From: Octopus bimaculoides
Taxonomy: Eukaryota
Length of the DNA stretch: 64,000 bases
Assembly (NCBI RefSeq): GCF_001194135.2
Contig: NC_069004.1
Location: forward strand, 22,208,313 to 22,272,312
Direction: 5' to 3'
This document shows positions 36,698-50,802 of the stretch, piece after piece. Below the pieces are notes generated by a model that was not told the DNA's origin, searched no databases, and worked only from the letters and a program-made list of their open reading frames with translations. Position 1 is the first letter of the stretch. Each line of letters begins with the position of its first letter. A program made the position numbers and the translations under genes.

Positions 36698-37690
36698 TTT
36701 CAACTTTTTCTATCCAAAAGGTCTTTTTAACCCTTTATATGCACATTATAGCTCATCATAGAATACAAATTATTTCACATTTTCTCAAAGTTTCTAAATT
36801 CTTACGACATCAACAAAGTGTTTGTCTAACACTCTCCTGATGTTGGCTTTCCATTAATACCAAAAAATGCATTAAAACAGCTGCAATACTTTAACAGAAT
36901 TAAATGAATGAAATTCAGAGAATAAGATAAGTGTGTTACAATGAACTCTGACATTTTGAGCAGTGCCCTTCTTTAAAGAAAATATTGGAAAAACTCACTG
37001 GAAGCTATGATGTAATAGCATTTGTTTACATAAGTACATCAGAGAAGAGGAGTAATGTCCTACAATCTTTGAATACCTCCCTAAGTGGTAGAACTGTGTA
37101 GTTAATGCTCAAACTGGCAAGAAACAGTGGGAAGCCTAGCTTCAATGGTAGTAACAGAGTTAATCATGTTAAAGAAACCCAAGGACCACATAATGGTACT
37201 TAAACATATTAGGCTGAACACACTAAGACATACACATGCATATGTACATATACACACATTACATATCTAAATATACATAACTACATACACACACACAAAT
37301 GTATACTTGCATACATTTAGGTGGTGAATTGGCACAGTCATTAGAGCATCAAATGAAACATTATATATTCTGAGTTCAAATCCACTATGGTGCATATATT
37401 AACATTTAAATGTACATACCAGAGTCTATATATTTCTCTCTGCAAATGTGTATATTGTGTGACTGTTCTTCAATACATATACATACTTCATCATTAACCT
37501 ATCTCATTGGATCAAACATGTATAACTGCTATATATGTACCTACATATCACTTAAGTACCATGCATAAAATTCTTGGCCCAAGGGCTGCTTTGTAATTCC
37601 TGATGATTAAAATTTAAAAAATAATTTGTATACTCATGTTTTGCAGTCTATCTATCTTGTTTGCATTATCAAACCTATAATATACATATT

Positions 37691-38260
37691 ATTACCTCCA
37701 CCTTTGCTAAGGCAGAGGTATTGTTTTCAGTCGTGTTTGTTTGTTTGTCCATGGACAAGATATCTCAAGAACCGCTGGATGGATTCAGACAAAACTTTCT
37801 GGGATGTTTGGCTGGCACGAACTGATTAGATTTTGGGATCAATCCAGCACCCAACAAGGACTCTGGATTATTTGTTATATTTACTTTACTTTACATGATT
37901 ATAATCTTACGTCAACTTTCAAGTCTTTCTCAATTATTTCCCTTTAGGCTGTAACTATTTTGAATGGTGAATTTGTTAACTTTGGCTTGTATTAGATAAG
38001 GATAAACTATCTATTACTGTTACTAAATTTTCTACAGCCACCTTCACAGTCCATAACTACCATTGGGATTGATCAGGTACCAGACAAGGATTCTGGATTA
38101 TTTTTCCAATTTTTTGAGAGCAGTCGGGTTCATTTTTAGTATTCTCGTTTGAGAGAGCAGTCGAGTTTATTTCAGATGTTCTCATTTAAAAAATCATCTC
38201 TGGCCAATCGTTGAGAGGACGTTGGCGTTGCTTTGGCAAAGGTTTGCTCTGAGTTTCTCA
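37691..38260 (+). mobile_element. Helentron-associated non-autonomous element (HINE/DINE-1-like)
   Basis: 5' attacctccacc...ggcagaggtattgtttt hairpin/subTIR, a (gttt)n block, and 3' gctttggcaaaggtttgctctgagt. It is interrupted by ~190 bp of other sequence. Confidence 0.7.
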
Positions 38261-38495
38261 TTTCTTTTATACTTTTACTTGTTTCAGTCATTTGACTGCA
38301 GCCATGCTGGAGCACTACCTTAAAAGGTTTTAGTCGAACAAATTGACTCCAGGACTTATTTTTTAAGCCAAGTACTTATTTTATCGGTCTCTTTTGCCGA
38401 ACAGCTAATTTACAGGAACATAAACATACCAATATTGGTTGTCAAGCAGTGATAGGGGGAGACAAGCAAACACAAAGACACATACACACACAAAG

Positions 38496-38528
<33 letters not shown>

Positions 38529-39163
38529 CAATGTTTGTTTTTATGTTCAGTCATAATAAAAACAATTTGACATTTAATCTGATGGGTTACACTACTTTTG
38601 TAGTGTACAAATTGATTATTATACAAGAATGTTATTGAAAGTGACTTTGAAGTTTCAGCCAGCTAAACCATCATTGGACTGTGATGCATAAGAGTTAGTC
38701 TTACCTTTATATAAACTTTGTTGGGTTAAAATCATCTTTGGGTGTGGGGGTTTCAGTGGGATGGTAAATAGGTTTTTATGGAAAGGTGATCTGGAAGATT
38801 TTTTATTGATTAAATTATATATACACACACAGAGTCATAATTTTTACATCTGTTTTCTCTTGCACAGTCTCACCATTTGCTGTGATCACTCATTTGTCTC
38901 CTTTAAAAATTCAACATGTTGCAGTCAACTTTCCTCATGTTTGTCTATCTTCTTGGTATACCTATCCTGCATTTGCCCACCACCCTCAACTCACTTGGCA
39001 TGGTAAGTCAACCCAACTGTCATCTTTTTACACATAAGAACTCTGTACCTGTGTAATGTACACTACATCTGATCCCTATATATATTCTGGAGGTGTGTTG
39101 GATTGTTGGTATGAGTGTTCTTGTATGTGCGGAATAGTTTTATAAGACATTCATTTGATATAT

Positions 39164-39215
<52 letters not shown>

Positions 39216-42200
39216 AAATAGTAAATGAGTATATGCATATATACGTACAAGTATGTGCATACCGACATCCACCTGTATGTATAGGTGCATATCTGGGTAC
39301 AGGACATAGCAAACAAACGTAGACGAGAAAACACACGAGCCACATGAACATATTTATATATTTATATATATACACACACACACACATATACATACATACA
39401 CACACACATATATATACACACAGAGACCCACCCACACATGCACATATAAACTGACGTAATATATATTTGCTTGTATGTATATATGTGCAGGTGTATATAA
39501 TCATAATACCTACATATATACACAAACACACAAAACATACACACAATACATACACGCACACAAAACATACACACAATACATACACACATACACACGCAGG
39601 CAAACACACACACACGCATACACATACACATGTGTATGTGTGTGAGTGTGTATGTAAGTATAATCATTCTACTTCTCGTAATAACATATCTAGTGAAAAG
39701 CAATCTGGCTACTTGTCCTGCTTGAGTGCAAAACCATGACTGCTTAAAAAGGTCCAAGGTAATATGAGAAATACTGAGAAAAAACACCATCTGTCTTGTG
39801 TCTGAGGAAGTGAAGCAAGGTGTGATGAAAACAGTGCAACAGATAAATAGTCAAAAAATATGTTATTGCCTCACTTCTCTATTTACCAATACAATCAACA
39901 AACTGTCTTAGAAATAGACCAAAAAAAAAATTAAAATAAATCAAATAATGGATGTAGGCTGTTGTGGAAGCTATATATCTTTTATCTTTTGCTTGTTTCA
40001 GTCATTAGATTGCAGTCATGCTGGGGAACCACTTTCAAGAAGTTTAGTCAAACAAATCAACCCCAGTACTTATGATTTTTTTAAAGCCTGGTACTTATTC
40101 TATCAGTCTCTTTTGATGAGCCACTGAGTTACGAGGACAAAGACACCAACACCAGTTGTCAAGCAGTGAATGGGGACAAGCACAGACACAAAGACACACA
40201 AACATACACTCATATATATACAGCAGGCTTCTTCCAGTTTCTGTCTACCAAATCCACTCACAAGGCCTTGGTTGGTCCAGGGCCATAATAGAAGATACTT
40301 GCCCAAGTTGCCACTCAGTGGGACTGAACCTACAACCATGTTTGGGAAGCAAGCTTCTTACCACACAGCCATGCCTTTTATTTGTTTCAATTATTGGACT
40401 GCGACCATGCTGGGGCACTGCCTAGATGGCTTTAGTCAAATTGATCCCAGTAATTATTTTTTAAGTCTGGTACTTATTCTATCAATCTCTATTGAACCAC
40501 AAAATTACAGGGACATAAACAAACCAACACTAGTTGTCAACCAGTGTGGGGAACAAACACACACACGACATATTTCCACACAATTTCCGTCTACCAAATT
40601 CACTAACAAGGAACTGGTTGGCCTAGGGCTACTGTAGAAGACACTTGCTCAAGATGCTACACAGTGGGACTGAACCTGAAACCATGTGGCTGCAAAGTAA
40701 GCTTCTTAACCATACAGACATACCTGCACTTATGTAGATCTGGTACATATTAGTTTCTAATTTCAGTACATGGTTGCAAATTTAGGGAAGAGGTATAAGT
40801 GATTGTGTCACCCTCAGTGCTTGATATAATTATTTTAGCAAGTCTTTCCGAAAAGTGAAAAGAATAGTTGATTTTGCTGGGATTTGAACCTAGATTGTTG
40901 CTGTCCCATTGTGTTGTTGTATTAATACTTTTAATCAGAAGAGTGTGTATGTGTGTGTATGTTGGGGTGGGGGGTTAATGGAATATCTAAGATTTCCTAT
41001 TAGCAATATTGATATATACATTACATATTTGAAGCAGAAGGAATATAAAAATTAGTATCACCTACATACAAATGCACATACATTATATCTGTGAACCATA
41101 TGCACACACACGCACACACATGCTTATTATCATCATCAACACCATCATTTTAACATCCACTCTTTCATGCAAGCATGAGTCAGACAGTATTCACTGAGGC
41201 AAGATTTTTCAATACCAGGATGCTCTTCCTGTCACCAAACCTCACCTATTTCTAAACAAGGTAATATTTCCCATCAAGTATGTTTTCACAAACACTGTAA
41301 ACAAAGGACACTGTCTGTATGACAGTGATACTTGTTTATAACTATCGCATGACATCAAGATAAGGAGACACAAACACACACAGCTACACACATACACAAA
41401 AAAAAAAACACACACATATACACAATGGGCATCTTCCATCAACCAAATTCATTTGTAAGGCTTTGTTCAGCCCCAGGACTATAGTACAAGGTGCCATGCA
41501 TAGGGACTGAATCTGAAACCATAAGAAGCAAACTTCTAAAAAAGCATCCCCTTTTATGATACTCTGTCTCCTCTGCTCAGTTACATCCTCCATCTTCTTC
41601 AGGTATTATTTTTAAAAAAAGGCTTCTACAATGCAATAGCAATAAAACCAGTGTAAAAAGACTTTTAATGTTTACGAAACTGAGGAATTGTCAAAGCCAA
41701 TGTATGTTGTGCACTTTTTAACCCTTTTGATGCCAACCTGCCTAAGATTGCCTCCGGTTCAATAATACAAACTTCCTGTTTTAAAGTGATCTAAACTAAA
41801 ATCTTCCATCAAAATTCCATAATATGTTCAAAACATCAACTTAATAATGACAATTATTTTCCTAAATTTTTCATTATTTCCAAAATTTATTGAAACAAAG
41901 ACACTGTATTTCAACATCCTCACCATTTTAGGCCCACTTTTGACACTGGCTATCAACTGCTCAAAGCAGTTCTTAATTAGAGTTACTGCTCTCCTAAAGA
42001 TATCAGGCAACCACATCTCACTCATACATTTTATTTATGACTTGAAGCCTTTCCTAATACCAACCACTTTACAGAGTGTGCTGGGTGTATTTTGTCATAG
42101 CACCAACACTAGAGGGGGTTGTCATACCCTCAACAAAACACCCTATGTTCTCGCTACTCATTTGCCAATCAGTTTATGAATTGTACTTTTATTGTGGCAC

Positions 42201-42489
42201 CAGACTACTGAGGTTGCTTTGCGGCCTGTAAGACAGATGTGTTCCTCACCATTGTATATTGTCTCTGAGACAATCTGACCAAATGAGTGAGTAGGGAAGA
42301 GGGTGACAACAGAAGATGGACCAGGATAGGAGGAAAAAAAGAAGTGAGATATGGTGGTGGAGACAAGAGTGGGAGGAGAGAAAAAAGTAAGAATAAGGTA
42401 GACAGGGTGACTGAAGTAGTAGTTATGAAGGCTTTATATGACATCTGATATGTTCATAAACTCTCACCAAGAATTTAAGATTGATAAAT

Positions 42490-44760
42490 ATGAATCCCTT
42501 GAATCAAGATAGAAAAATAGAACAGTTTGCATCAGTTTTTGACAAGCATTATTTAGGCATTTGTGCCATCACTTTGACATGGTTAACTGGATTTGATAAG
42601 GTCAAATTGGAAGATGAAAAAAAAAACTTATTCACAGGGGAAGAAATCAAGTAGTGGGATTATCAATGAGTAAACAAAGCACTTATGTGCAAAATCTTTT
42701 CATTAATTGGTTGCTATTCACTAAGTTCAAGTCTACACATGAAAATGTTGGTATATGTTATGCTCCCATGCATGAAACAACAGTTGATAAGATAAATTTT
42801 ATAGCAACTTCAAGAGGCAGTTGGAAACAGCAAAGTGTGATCTGCAGGTGTATATAGGAGATTTCAATACCAGACTGGGAAACTAATGAGGTGTTTTTTT
42901 CTGAGTCTATAGGTAAACAAGGAATGGTAAAAATGAATGAAAATAGATTACATTTTGTTCAGTTTTGGAATGGCAAATAAACTAATAAATTGTGTATTTT
43001 GAGAGTCAAAACCTACACAATATATACCTGGAACACTCCAGATAGAAAACACTAAAATCAAATGACCAAAATTAAAACAACATAGGACCTCAATGAAAGA
43101 TGTAAAGGCAAAAAGAAGTGCATTATTAGCAGTGATCATTAACTCACAATATTTAGATTAAAAATTAAGCTAAAACAGATGACAACAAGAATGTTGACTC
43201 TAAAGTTTGATATAGAGAAAATAAAAACAAATAAAAATGTAAAAGAAGAATTTGTGTATAATTTGTTATTCTACAGACAGTGATGGATGAAGAGGAAAGG
43301 GGGAGGATGAACATCAGATGTGGAATGATATTTTCAAGAGACTGTACAAGAAGCAGCAAAAGTAACACTTGAAACTAATAGGAAAATATGGATTACAAAT
43401 GAAACATGAAGCATGATAGAGAAAAGGAAGATAGCAAAACTCAAATGTGAAACTGTAATTATGATGAAAGATTATCTATTTTAAGAGCTGAATATGTAAG
43501 CATTAATAGTAAAGTAAGAAGACTCACAAAGCACGATAAGAGGAAGTATTTAAATCACATTGCAGATAAGACTGAAGCTCAAATGAATAGTGGAAGAGTG
43601 ATGGAGGGGATATCAGATTAGCTTATCAATCAATTAAGGAAATTAGAAGAACCAGAAAAGCAAAGAGCTCCTAATTAGAAATACACAGGATGACCTGTTA
43701 AAGGATCTTTTTTTAAATGAATAGATGAAAGAAACACTTTGAAGAAGTATTAAACAGACCAATTCTACAAAATAAAGAAAATACACATCCAGTTGAACAG
43801 GATCTGAACACTGAAATGGGTGGTGGTGGTGGTGGTGGTGGTGGTGGAGAATCAGTCATAAATGCTATAAAGTAGTTATTAAAGCACTGAATGTAGACGG
43901 AATCATATCCCAAATGGTAAAAGCTAAGGGGACCATAACAACAATTGCGTTCACCAGACTGTTTAAATGAATTTAGAAAACAGGTGGAATTCCCACAGGA
44001 TGGAAGAAAAATATTATAATTGAAATGTCTAAGAAGAAGGACTTACATGACTATGAGAGGAACAGAAATATCAGAGAGTCAGTTTTGGTCAAGAAACTGT
44101 TCAGCTGGATAATTTTAAGCAGAATTGAACCTAGTGTTGACAAGATTCTGAAATGGAAGAGTGTGTGACAAATAAATCTTTACAATAAAGCATATTATAC
44201 AACTAGCAAATGAAATGAAGGTGCCATTAAGCCAGTGTCTTGATGATTTCCAGAGGGCTTTCAAGAATATATTGACATTATTTCAAATAAGCATGAAGAC
44301 ATATCATGTCATGGTGGTGGGAACTTACAGTAAAACTTTTATGGTCAAGTCTGGAAGTATTTAAAGAGAAATACTGCCTCCACTACATTTTGTATTAGTG
44401 AATATGTTTCATAGGGAAGAGTTTGTGGACTACAATGGACAAATAATTCTATTTTGTCACACGGCCAACAATTGCGGAAGAGGGGGGGGGGATGGAGAAA
44501 TCAATTACATTGACCCCAGTACTTGACCTCAGCAGCAGTTGAATTCAGAACATAAAGAGCTGGAACAAACACTGCTAAGCACTTATCTGACACTCTAATG
44601 ATTCTGCCAGCTCACTACCAATGGACAAATTAGATAAAAACTTAATTAGATTATAGTGACAATCTGCGGATGATTAGCAGAACATAAGAAATGCAACACA
44701 TATTGGATAGGTGAACCTTCTCCATGCTGTTGTCGGAATTTGTCGTGCATGAGTTTTCAT
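42490..44760 (+). mobile_element. Ancient RTE LINE relic, APE endonuclease + RT
   Basis: Degraded motifs in collinear order: ICYAP, YIGDFNTRLG, MNEN, YTWNTPD, SDH, RWKEHFEEVLN-like, WKKNIII.MSKK.DL, D..RAF and LDYSDN. A SINE C is inserted at ~44495-44620. Confidence 0.8.
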
Positions 44761-44975
44761 GCATCTTGTCACCTTGAGCAGGGTGCTTAAAATAAACATT
44801 ACTACATTTATTTCAAGTGTTTGAGGTTGTAAATAGGCTACTTTCGATTCAGAACAAGGCTAAACTTCAATTTTTTTAATGTCATTTTCATTGTTAATAT
44901 ATTAACCATAAAGTAATCAAGCATTGAAATTGATCACAGTTTTTTTGGATACTTTACTGAACAAACATGGCAGCT

Positions 44976-45225
44976 CCTGCATTTGAAGCTTTTCTGGAAG
45001 AAATCTAGTTTGATTCTAACTCAGATGACAATTTTGAAGGATTTGCTCAGGCAGATATTGATGATAAAATTATTCAAGATGATGACAAGGATGTAAACTG
45101 TGCTTACAGTGATATTGAGAACAATGTACCAAGTGGATGCTATTGTCCATGACTGGCTAATTAAAGGAAAGTACTGGCCCCAAAGAGGTACATTTCTGAG
45201 GGGCAGCTCTTTCACCTATTCCTTA
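44976..45225 (+). pseudogene. Possible piggyBac transposase acidic N-terminal remnant
   Basis: MAAPAFEAFLEEI*FDSNSDDNFEGFAQADIDDKIIQDDDKD... is an acidic SDDxFEGF segment. No catalytic domain is seen. Confidence 0.3.
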
Positions 45226-46870
45226 ATGCATTACATTAAAATATTATTCATCCATTCCTTTATTAGTATACAAAAAAAAAAAAAAACCAAGCCTGTATGC
45301 ACAATACAACAAAAGTTATAACAATTTAAAAACAAGAGGTGCTCATGCTTTTGTTCTCTCAAAAATAATGCAATGGCAGACGAAACTATTCTAGCAGAAA
45401 ATCAGTGTGCTAAAGGTTAGTAAGAGAGGGGAGCAAGCTTGGCCTGCTTATTGATTATTAAAAGAAAGAAATAATACAAATTGTCATTCATTTCCTTGTA
45501 GTATAGAAGAAATAATAAAGACCATTGGTCACTTCATGTACATGTAATAGTGCTTTTGCTTGGAGCTTGGATCAAAAAATGCAGTTAAAAGAAATTTATA
45601 TAGCAGGAACTGAAACTACAATCTTACAACACTAGGTTACATACCTACATAACAATATTTTCTAGCTAGAATAAGCCTATGTCTATTCTTATTTATAGAT
45701 TATCATTATAGAATTGGTTGTAAGTAATTTCAGTCCAACTGATTTTGAATATGTGTGTTTCCCTTAGTGGTCAGAAGTATTACGAGGGAGATAATCATTT
45801 TGTCATATTTAGCAGGATTAGAAATGTGAATTTGAAATTAACCCTTTAGCATTTAGACTAGCCATATCCAGCTAAACTATTTAATCTGTTTTATGTTCAA
45901 ACTGGCTATAATTGGCCTCTCAAAAATCTATAATCATGTCACTGAAATCTCAAAGCTCGAAGATAATGCAGCATTAATTCAAAATGATGGAAATAAATTA
46001 ACATTATGTTTGACAAAGTAATCTGAATAGGGTTAAGGAATTATAAGGAAAAAGCTCCATAAAATTCACATATTCATTTATTTATCTTCTAGCTATTACG
46101 AAGTTATTAAAATTTCTAGCCAGTGATAATAATGTATAGTATTATTTCATTTGTTTTAGAAATCATCTGCATGATACAAACTGTGACTTATTAATTAAAC
46201 ATTTTATGAAGTGAAACATTTCATTAAAGAGGGAAATAACAGCAGTGTAGAGAAAGTTCAGGAAATCATTTTTTTCTTTCTTTTTCTTTATAGAATGTCA
46301 GTAGTTCAGCAATGAAGAGGAAAGAGAGGAAGTTCGTAGTGTTTAAATATAGGACTGTTTTCAAATAGGAGGAACACATTACATAACTGTCATGATATTT
46401 TTATTATTATTACCATCATCATGAACGGTCATACATAGCACGAACAGTAAACTACCAGATAAATGCCTCTTGGTTGAATTTTCTTTCTTTCATTTGGGAC
46501 TAGTAAAATAAGTGTCATTTATGAATTGACGTTTATAGCTACCTAAATGGACTCCATTTATAAATTTATATCCTGTTACCAATGTAAGAAATTACTGTTA
46601 TTTTATTCCACAAGGCACAAAACTAATAATATTTGCAAGAGTCAATTGAACTGGTTTGACTTCAATGGAATTTGAACATAGAAATATTAAGTAACAGATT
46701 AGTTTAGTACTCAAAAGAGTTCCATAATAGTCACTCTCTCTCTCTCAGTTATACAAACATATGCATGTGTACACATACAGGCACAAAACACACATACATA
46801 CACTGTATGCACACAAATATTCACTCTAACACCAAATGAAATTTACATATGCTATAAAACGAAAGTATTT

Positions 46871-47239
46871 AAAACGAGCACTCAGAGAGCGCAAACCTCC
46901 ACCAAGGCAACACCAATGTCCTCTCAACGATTAGCCGGAGATGATTTTTAAAATGAGAATATCTGAAATAAACTTGACTGCTCTCACAAACAAGAATACT
47001 AAAAATGAACCTGACTGGTCTCAAAAATTAAGTAAAAAAAAAAACAGAAAAATAATCCAGAATCCCTGTCCAGAACTGGATCAATTCCAAAATCTAATCA
47101 GTTCATGCCAGTCATGAGGCCAAACATCCCTGAAAGTTTCATCCAAATCCATCCAGTAGTTCTTGAGATATCTTGTCCACGGACAAACAAACAAACATGA
47201 CAGAAAACAATACCTCCATCTTCGCTAAGGCAGAGGTAA
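46871..47239 (-). mobile_element. HINE/DINE-1-like element, second copy, inverted
   Basis: Reverse complement of 37691-37870 plus 38065-38260. The end gccttggtggaggtttgcgctctctgagtgctc is complementary to the 5' subTIR. Confidence 0.75.
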
Positions 47240-48757
47240 AAGTGTACACAATTTTCAGTGAACAATGAAATATGTACAGAAACATGCATATGTACACACA
47301 GAGGCATGCAAACTCTTTAACATAGATAAACAATAGGGTCAGTGAATATAAGAATTAAGTGTCATAGTTTAACTGGTAAGTGTGAGTTCAGTTTAGTGAC
47401 ATTACCAAGTGGGTACATGGCTAAAAACTTTGAGGAAAGCAAGCTAGTTGATTACTACCAATTCTGAAAGTCTGAAATGCAAAGTGGTTTATCTTGGTAG
47501 GATTTGAATTGAAAATCTAGAGAAGTGGATCAAATACTGAAAATCATTTTGTCTGATGCTCTAACAATTCAACTAATCTACCATAATAATGATAATTTCT
47601 AACAGAGATACAAAGCCACAAATGTGTGTATGACTGGTGTTAGTCAATCAAATCAACCCCAGCACTTCACTGGTACTATATTTTATTGACCTGGAAAGGA
47701 TGAAATGCAAAGTTGACCTCAGCGGGATATGAACTCTGAACATAAAGTTCTGTGGCTAAATACTGCAACATATTTAATCCATCACTCTACTCATCATGCT
47801 AGAGGTATTATAATCACACAGTCAGATGTGATACTTATTTATTTACGTTGTTTTGAGTTAATCATGTATTACCTTGTAGCTTTGAGATTTCAATAATGGG
47901 ACTGTTTATTTTTAGAATGATACTGTGGCCAGTTTGAACATAAAATAGGTATAATATTTTGGTCAGAAAAGGGTAGTTAAGTGCTAAACAGTTGTGGCAA
48001 GTTTTCTACAATCTGTTGCCCCTCAAGTTACTAACCCTCACCTGTTTCCAAGTAAGTTAATATTTCCTCATATCTAGATTTGTTTTTCATAGAAGACTGA
48101 AATGAACAACCTTGCTTGTATGACAATGATGCTCATTTACAAACATCACATGACGTCCAGACAAATGTACACACAAATACAACATACATACATACACACA
48201 TAGATATGATCCTAAAACCAAGGGGTCATGAATAAAAGCATTGGTGTGAATGCTGGTGCCACATAACAAGCATTAATGATGGTGCCACGTAAAAAGCACC
48301 CAATACACTTTGTAAAGTGGCTGACATTACGAAGGGCATCCAGCTGTAGAAATCAAGCCAAAATAGACTATGGAAGCTGGTGCGGCACTCTGCCCCGCCA
48401 GTTCCTGCCAAGCTGTCCAACCCATGCCAGCATGAAAAGTGGATGTTAAATGATTATGATGATGATGAAATATATATATGGTGCTTTCAGTTAGAAGCTT
48501 TATGAAAGCTTTCAGTTACCATCTACTAAATAGTCAATAGAATAACGGTGGGGAAAGGAATAATCAATAGAACTAACCTGTCTTCAAATGTATGATACTT
48601 AAAATATGTAAACTTGACAATTTATGAGGTAGACATACAATTTTTATTATATTTTCTACAAGTATTCTGTGATTTTCAGTGAATAGTAAAACATACACAC
48701 ACTCACATACAAAAATGAATGGGCAAAATTAGTTTATGACAGGGTATAATTATATAC

Positions 48758-49512
48758 ATACTAGCAGAGGCACCAGGCGTTGCTCGGGAATGAAATTGTT
48801 GCTTATATACTTGAAGAAAAAAAGGCAAAATATGCTGTATAGAAATTTGAGAGGACGTTCTGTAGATGGACTCTCAGATGAATGATGGCTGGGCGCCTCT
48901 CATGAATGGGGAAAATTGAAGATGTGTCAAAAAGCCTCATTGGTAATTGGAAACTTTTACGAAAACTAAAATGGGGACTAAATGAAAAAAATGATTTACA
49001 TGAATATCCTCACAAGAGTAATTGAAATAAATGGCGATTGTGGAACCCCCCACGCATGCACGCACGCGCACGCGCTTACATACGTGTGTCTTTGTAAATA
49101 TGTTTGTATACATTTATGTATGTGTGTGTTTGTAAGAGACAGAGTGTGAGTGAGTCAAGGGGTGTGTGTGTGCGTGTGTATGTGTGTGAGACAGAGTGAG
49201 AGAGCGGTGTGTATGTAGTATTTACTCTCTCTCTCTCTCTCTCTCATACACACTCACACACAAAATAGAGAGTGAAGCTTTTTGCCGTTGTTACGTCAAT
49301 ACCGGAAGTTGACATTGAGGAACCTTTTTAAAGAAGTGAATCTTAAATATAAAGCAATATTATTTATTTTTAATTAAAAAAATCAAATGAAGAGCCTAAC
49401 ATTTATCCGAGGTCAAATTATTCACGCATCACAAGTATGGAAGCATTTGGTGAAGTCGATTTCACGTGAAAAGCGATTACACACACATCTCTGTTTTATA
49501 TATAGTATAGAT
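48758..49512 (+). mobile_element. Non-autonomous Helitron/Helentron-type element
   Basis: Starts atactagcagaggcaccaggcgttgctcggg and ends ...ctctgttttatatatagtatagat, with internal microsatellites. These termini are typical of this class. Confidence 0.6.
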
Positions 49513-50137
49513 TAAATATACATACATAGGTGCAGGCATGGCTGTGTGGTAAGAAGTTTATTTCCTGACCACATGATTCCAGGTGTAGTCCCATCGCAAG
49601 TGTTTTCTACGATAGCCTTGGGCCAAAAAAGTGAATGTGGTAGACGGAAACTGAAAGAAGCCTGTCATGTGAATGTGTGTTTGTTCCCCACCACTGCTTG
49701 ACAACCAGTGTTGGTGTGTTTATGTCCCCGTAACTTAGCAGGAATAAGTACCAAGCTTAAAAAAAGTACTGGGGTTGATTCATTAGACTAGAATTCTTCA
49801 AGGCAGTGCCTCAGGAAGGCAATAATCAGATAACTGAAACAAGTAAAAGATACATAGTTACACACAGACACACACACACACACACACATAAAAGGAGAGA
49901 CAAGCAGTCATAGATGTAACAATATAATAATTGTTTCTAATACAGGAACAACTGTACAAATTCTAAAGGAGAGATAAGGAGATTAAATCAACTCCAGTAC
50001 TTGACTGGTACTTTATTTCATCACTACAAGAAAGATGAAAGACAAAGCAGACCAAGTAAGCTTTAAACTTGGTATGCGAAAAACTAAATACAATACCACA
50101 AGGCATTTTGTCAGAATAATATAAAATTATTTGTGTA

Positions 50138-50568
50138 AGGACTTTCGAGCGAGATCGTTGCCAGTGTCCTTGGACTGGCTCTTGTGCGTGTGGCACATAA
50201 AATACACCATTTTGAGCGTGGCCGTTCCCAGTACCGCTGGACTGGCCTTCATAGGATTTTCGAGCGAGATCGTTGCCAGTGCCCCTGGACTGGCTCTTGT
50301 GCAGGTGGCACATAAAATACACCATCTTTAGCATGGCCGTTGCCAGTACCGCCTGACTGGCCTTCGTGCGGGTGACACGTAAAAGCACTCACTACACTCT
50401 CTGACTGGTTGGCGTTAGGAAGGGCATCCAGCCGTAGAAACTCTACCAAATCAGATTGGAGCCTGGTGTAGCCATCTGGTTTCACCAGTCCTCAGTCAAA
50501 TTGTCCAACCCATGCTAGCATGGAAAGCGGACGTTAAACGACGATGATGATGATGATGATGATGATGA
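50138..50568 (+). mobile_element. RTE LINE 3' UTR fragment with duplicated internal unit and (GAT)n tail
   Basis: Two near-identical ~113-bp units (ttcgagcgagatcgttgccagtg...), then the terminus ccatgctagcatggaaagcggacgttaaacgacgatgatgat. CpG-rich, so probably a young copy. Confidence 0.88.
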
Positions 50569-50770
50569 TTTGGAAATGTCACTCTCTCTCTCTAGCTTTG
50601 ATTTTCTATGTAACATTGTTTACATTATTTATGTCTCTAACTCCTATATTCTTATACAAATTTATTGAGTACTTTCATATACTGAACATGAAATTACATC
50701 ATGATGTACTTTGGTGACCCAGCATAGCCATAGCCTCTAGCTGAAACTGACAAGAGAATAACAGAATGAA

Positions 50771-50802
<32 letters not shown>

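Noticed and set aside
42185-42270. Minus-strand acceptor tctgtcttacag| followed by AATAAA
   Set aside because: Only 6-22 codons are open, it sits at the edge of the RTE relic, and there is no supporting upstream exon.
46294-46350. Strong plus-strand acceptor followed by CQ*FSNEEEREEVRSV*, tempting as an A-to-I recoded (UAG to UGG) exon
   Set aside because: Purely speculative from DNA: short, no donor and no homology. It would need RNA evidence.
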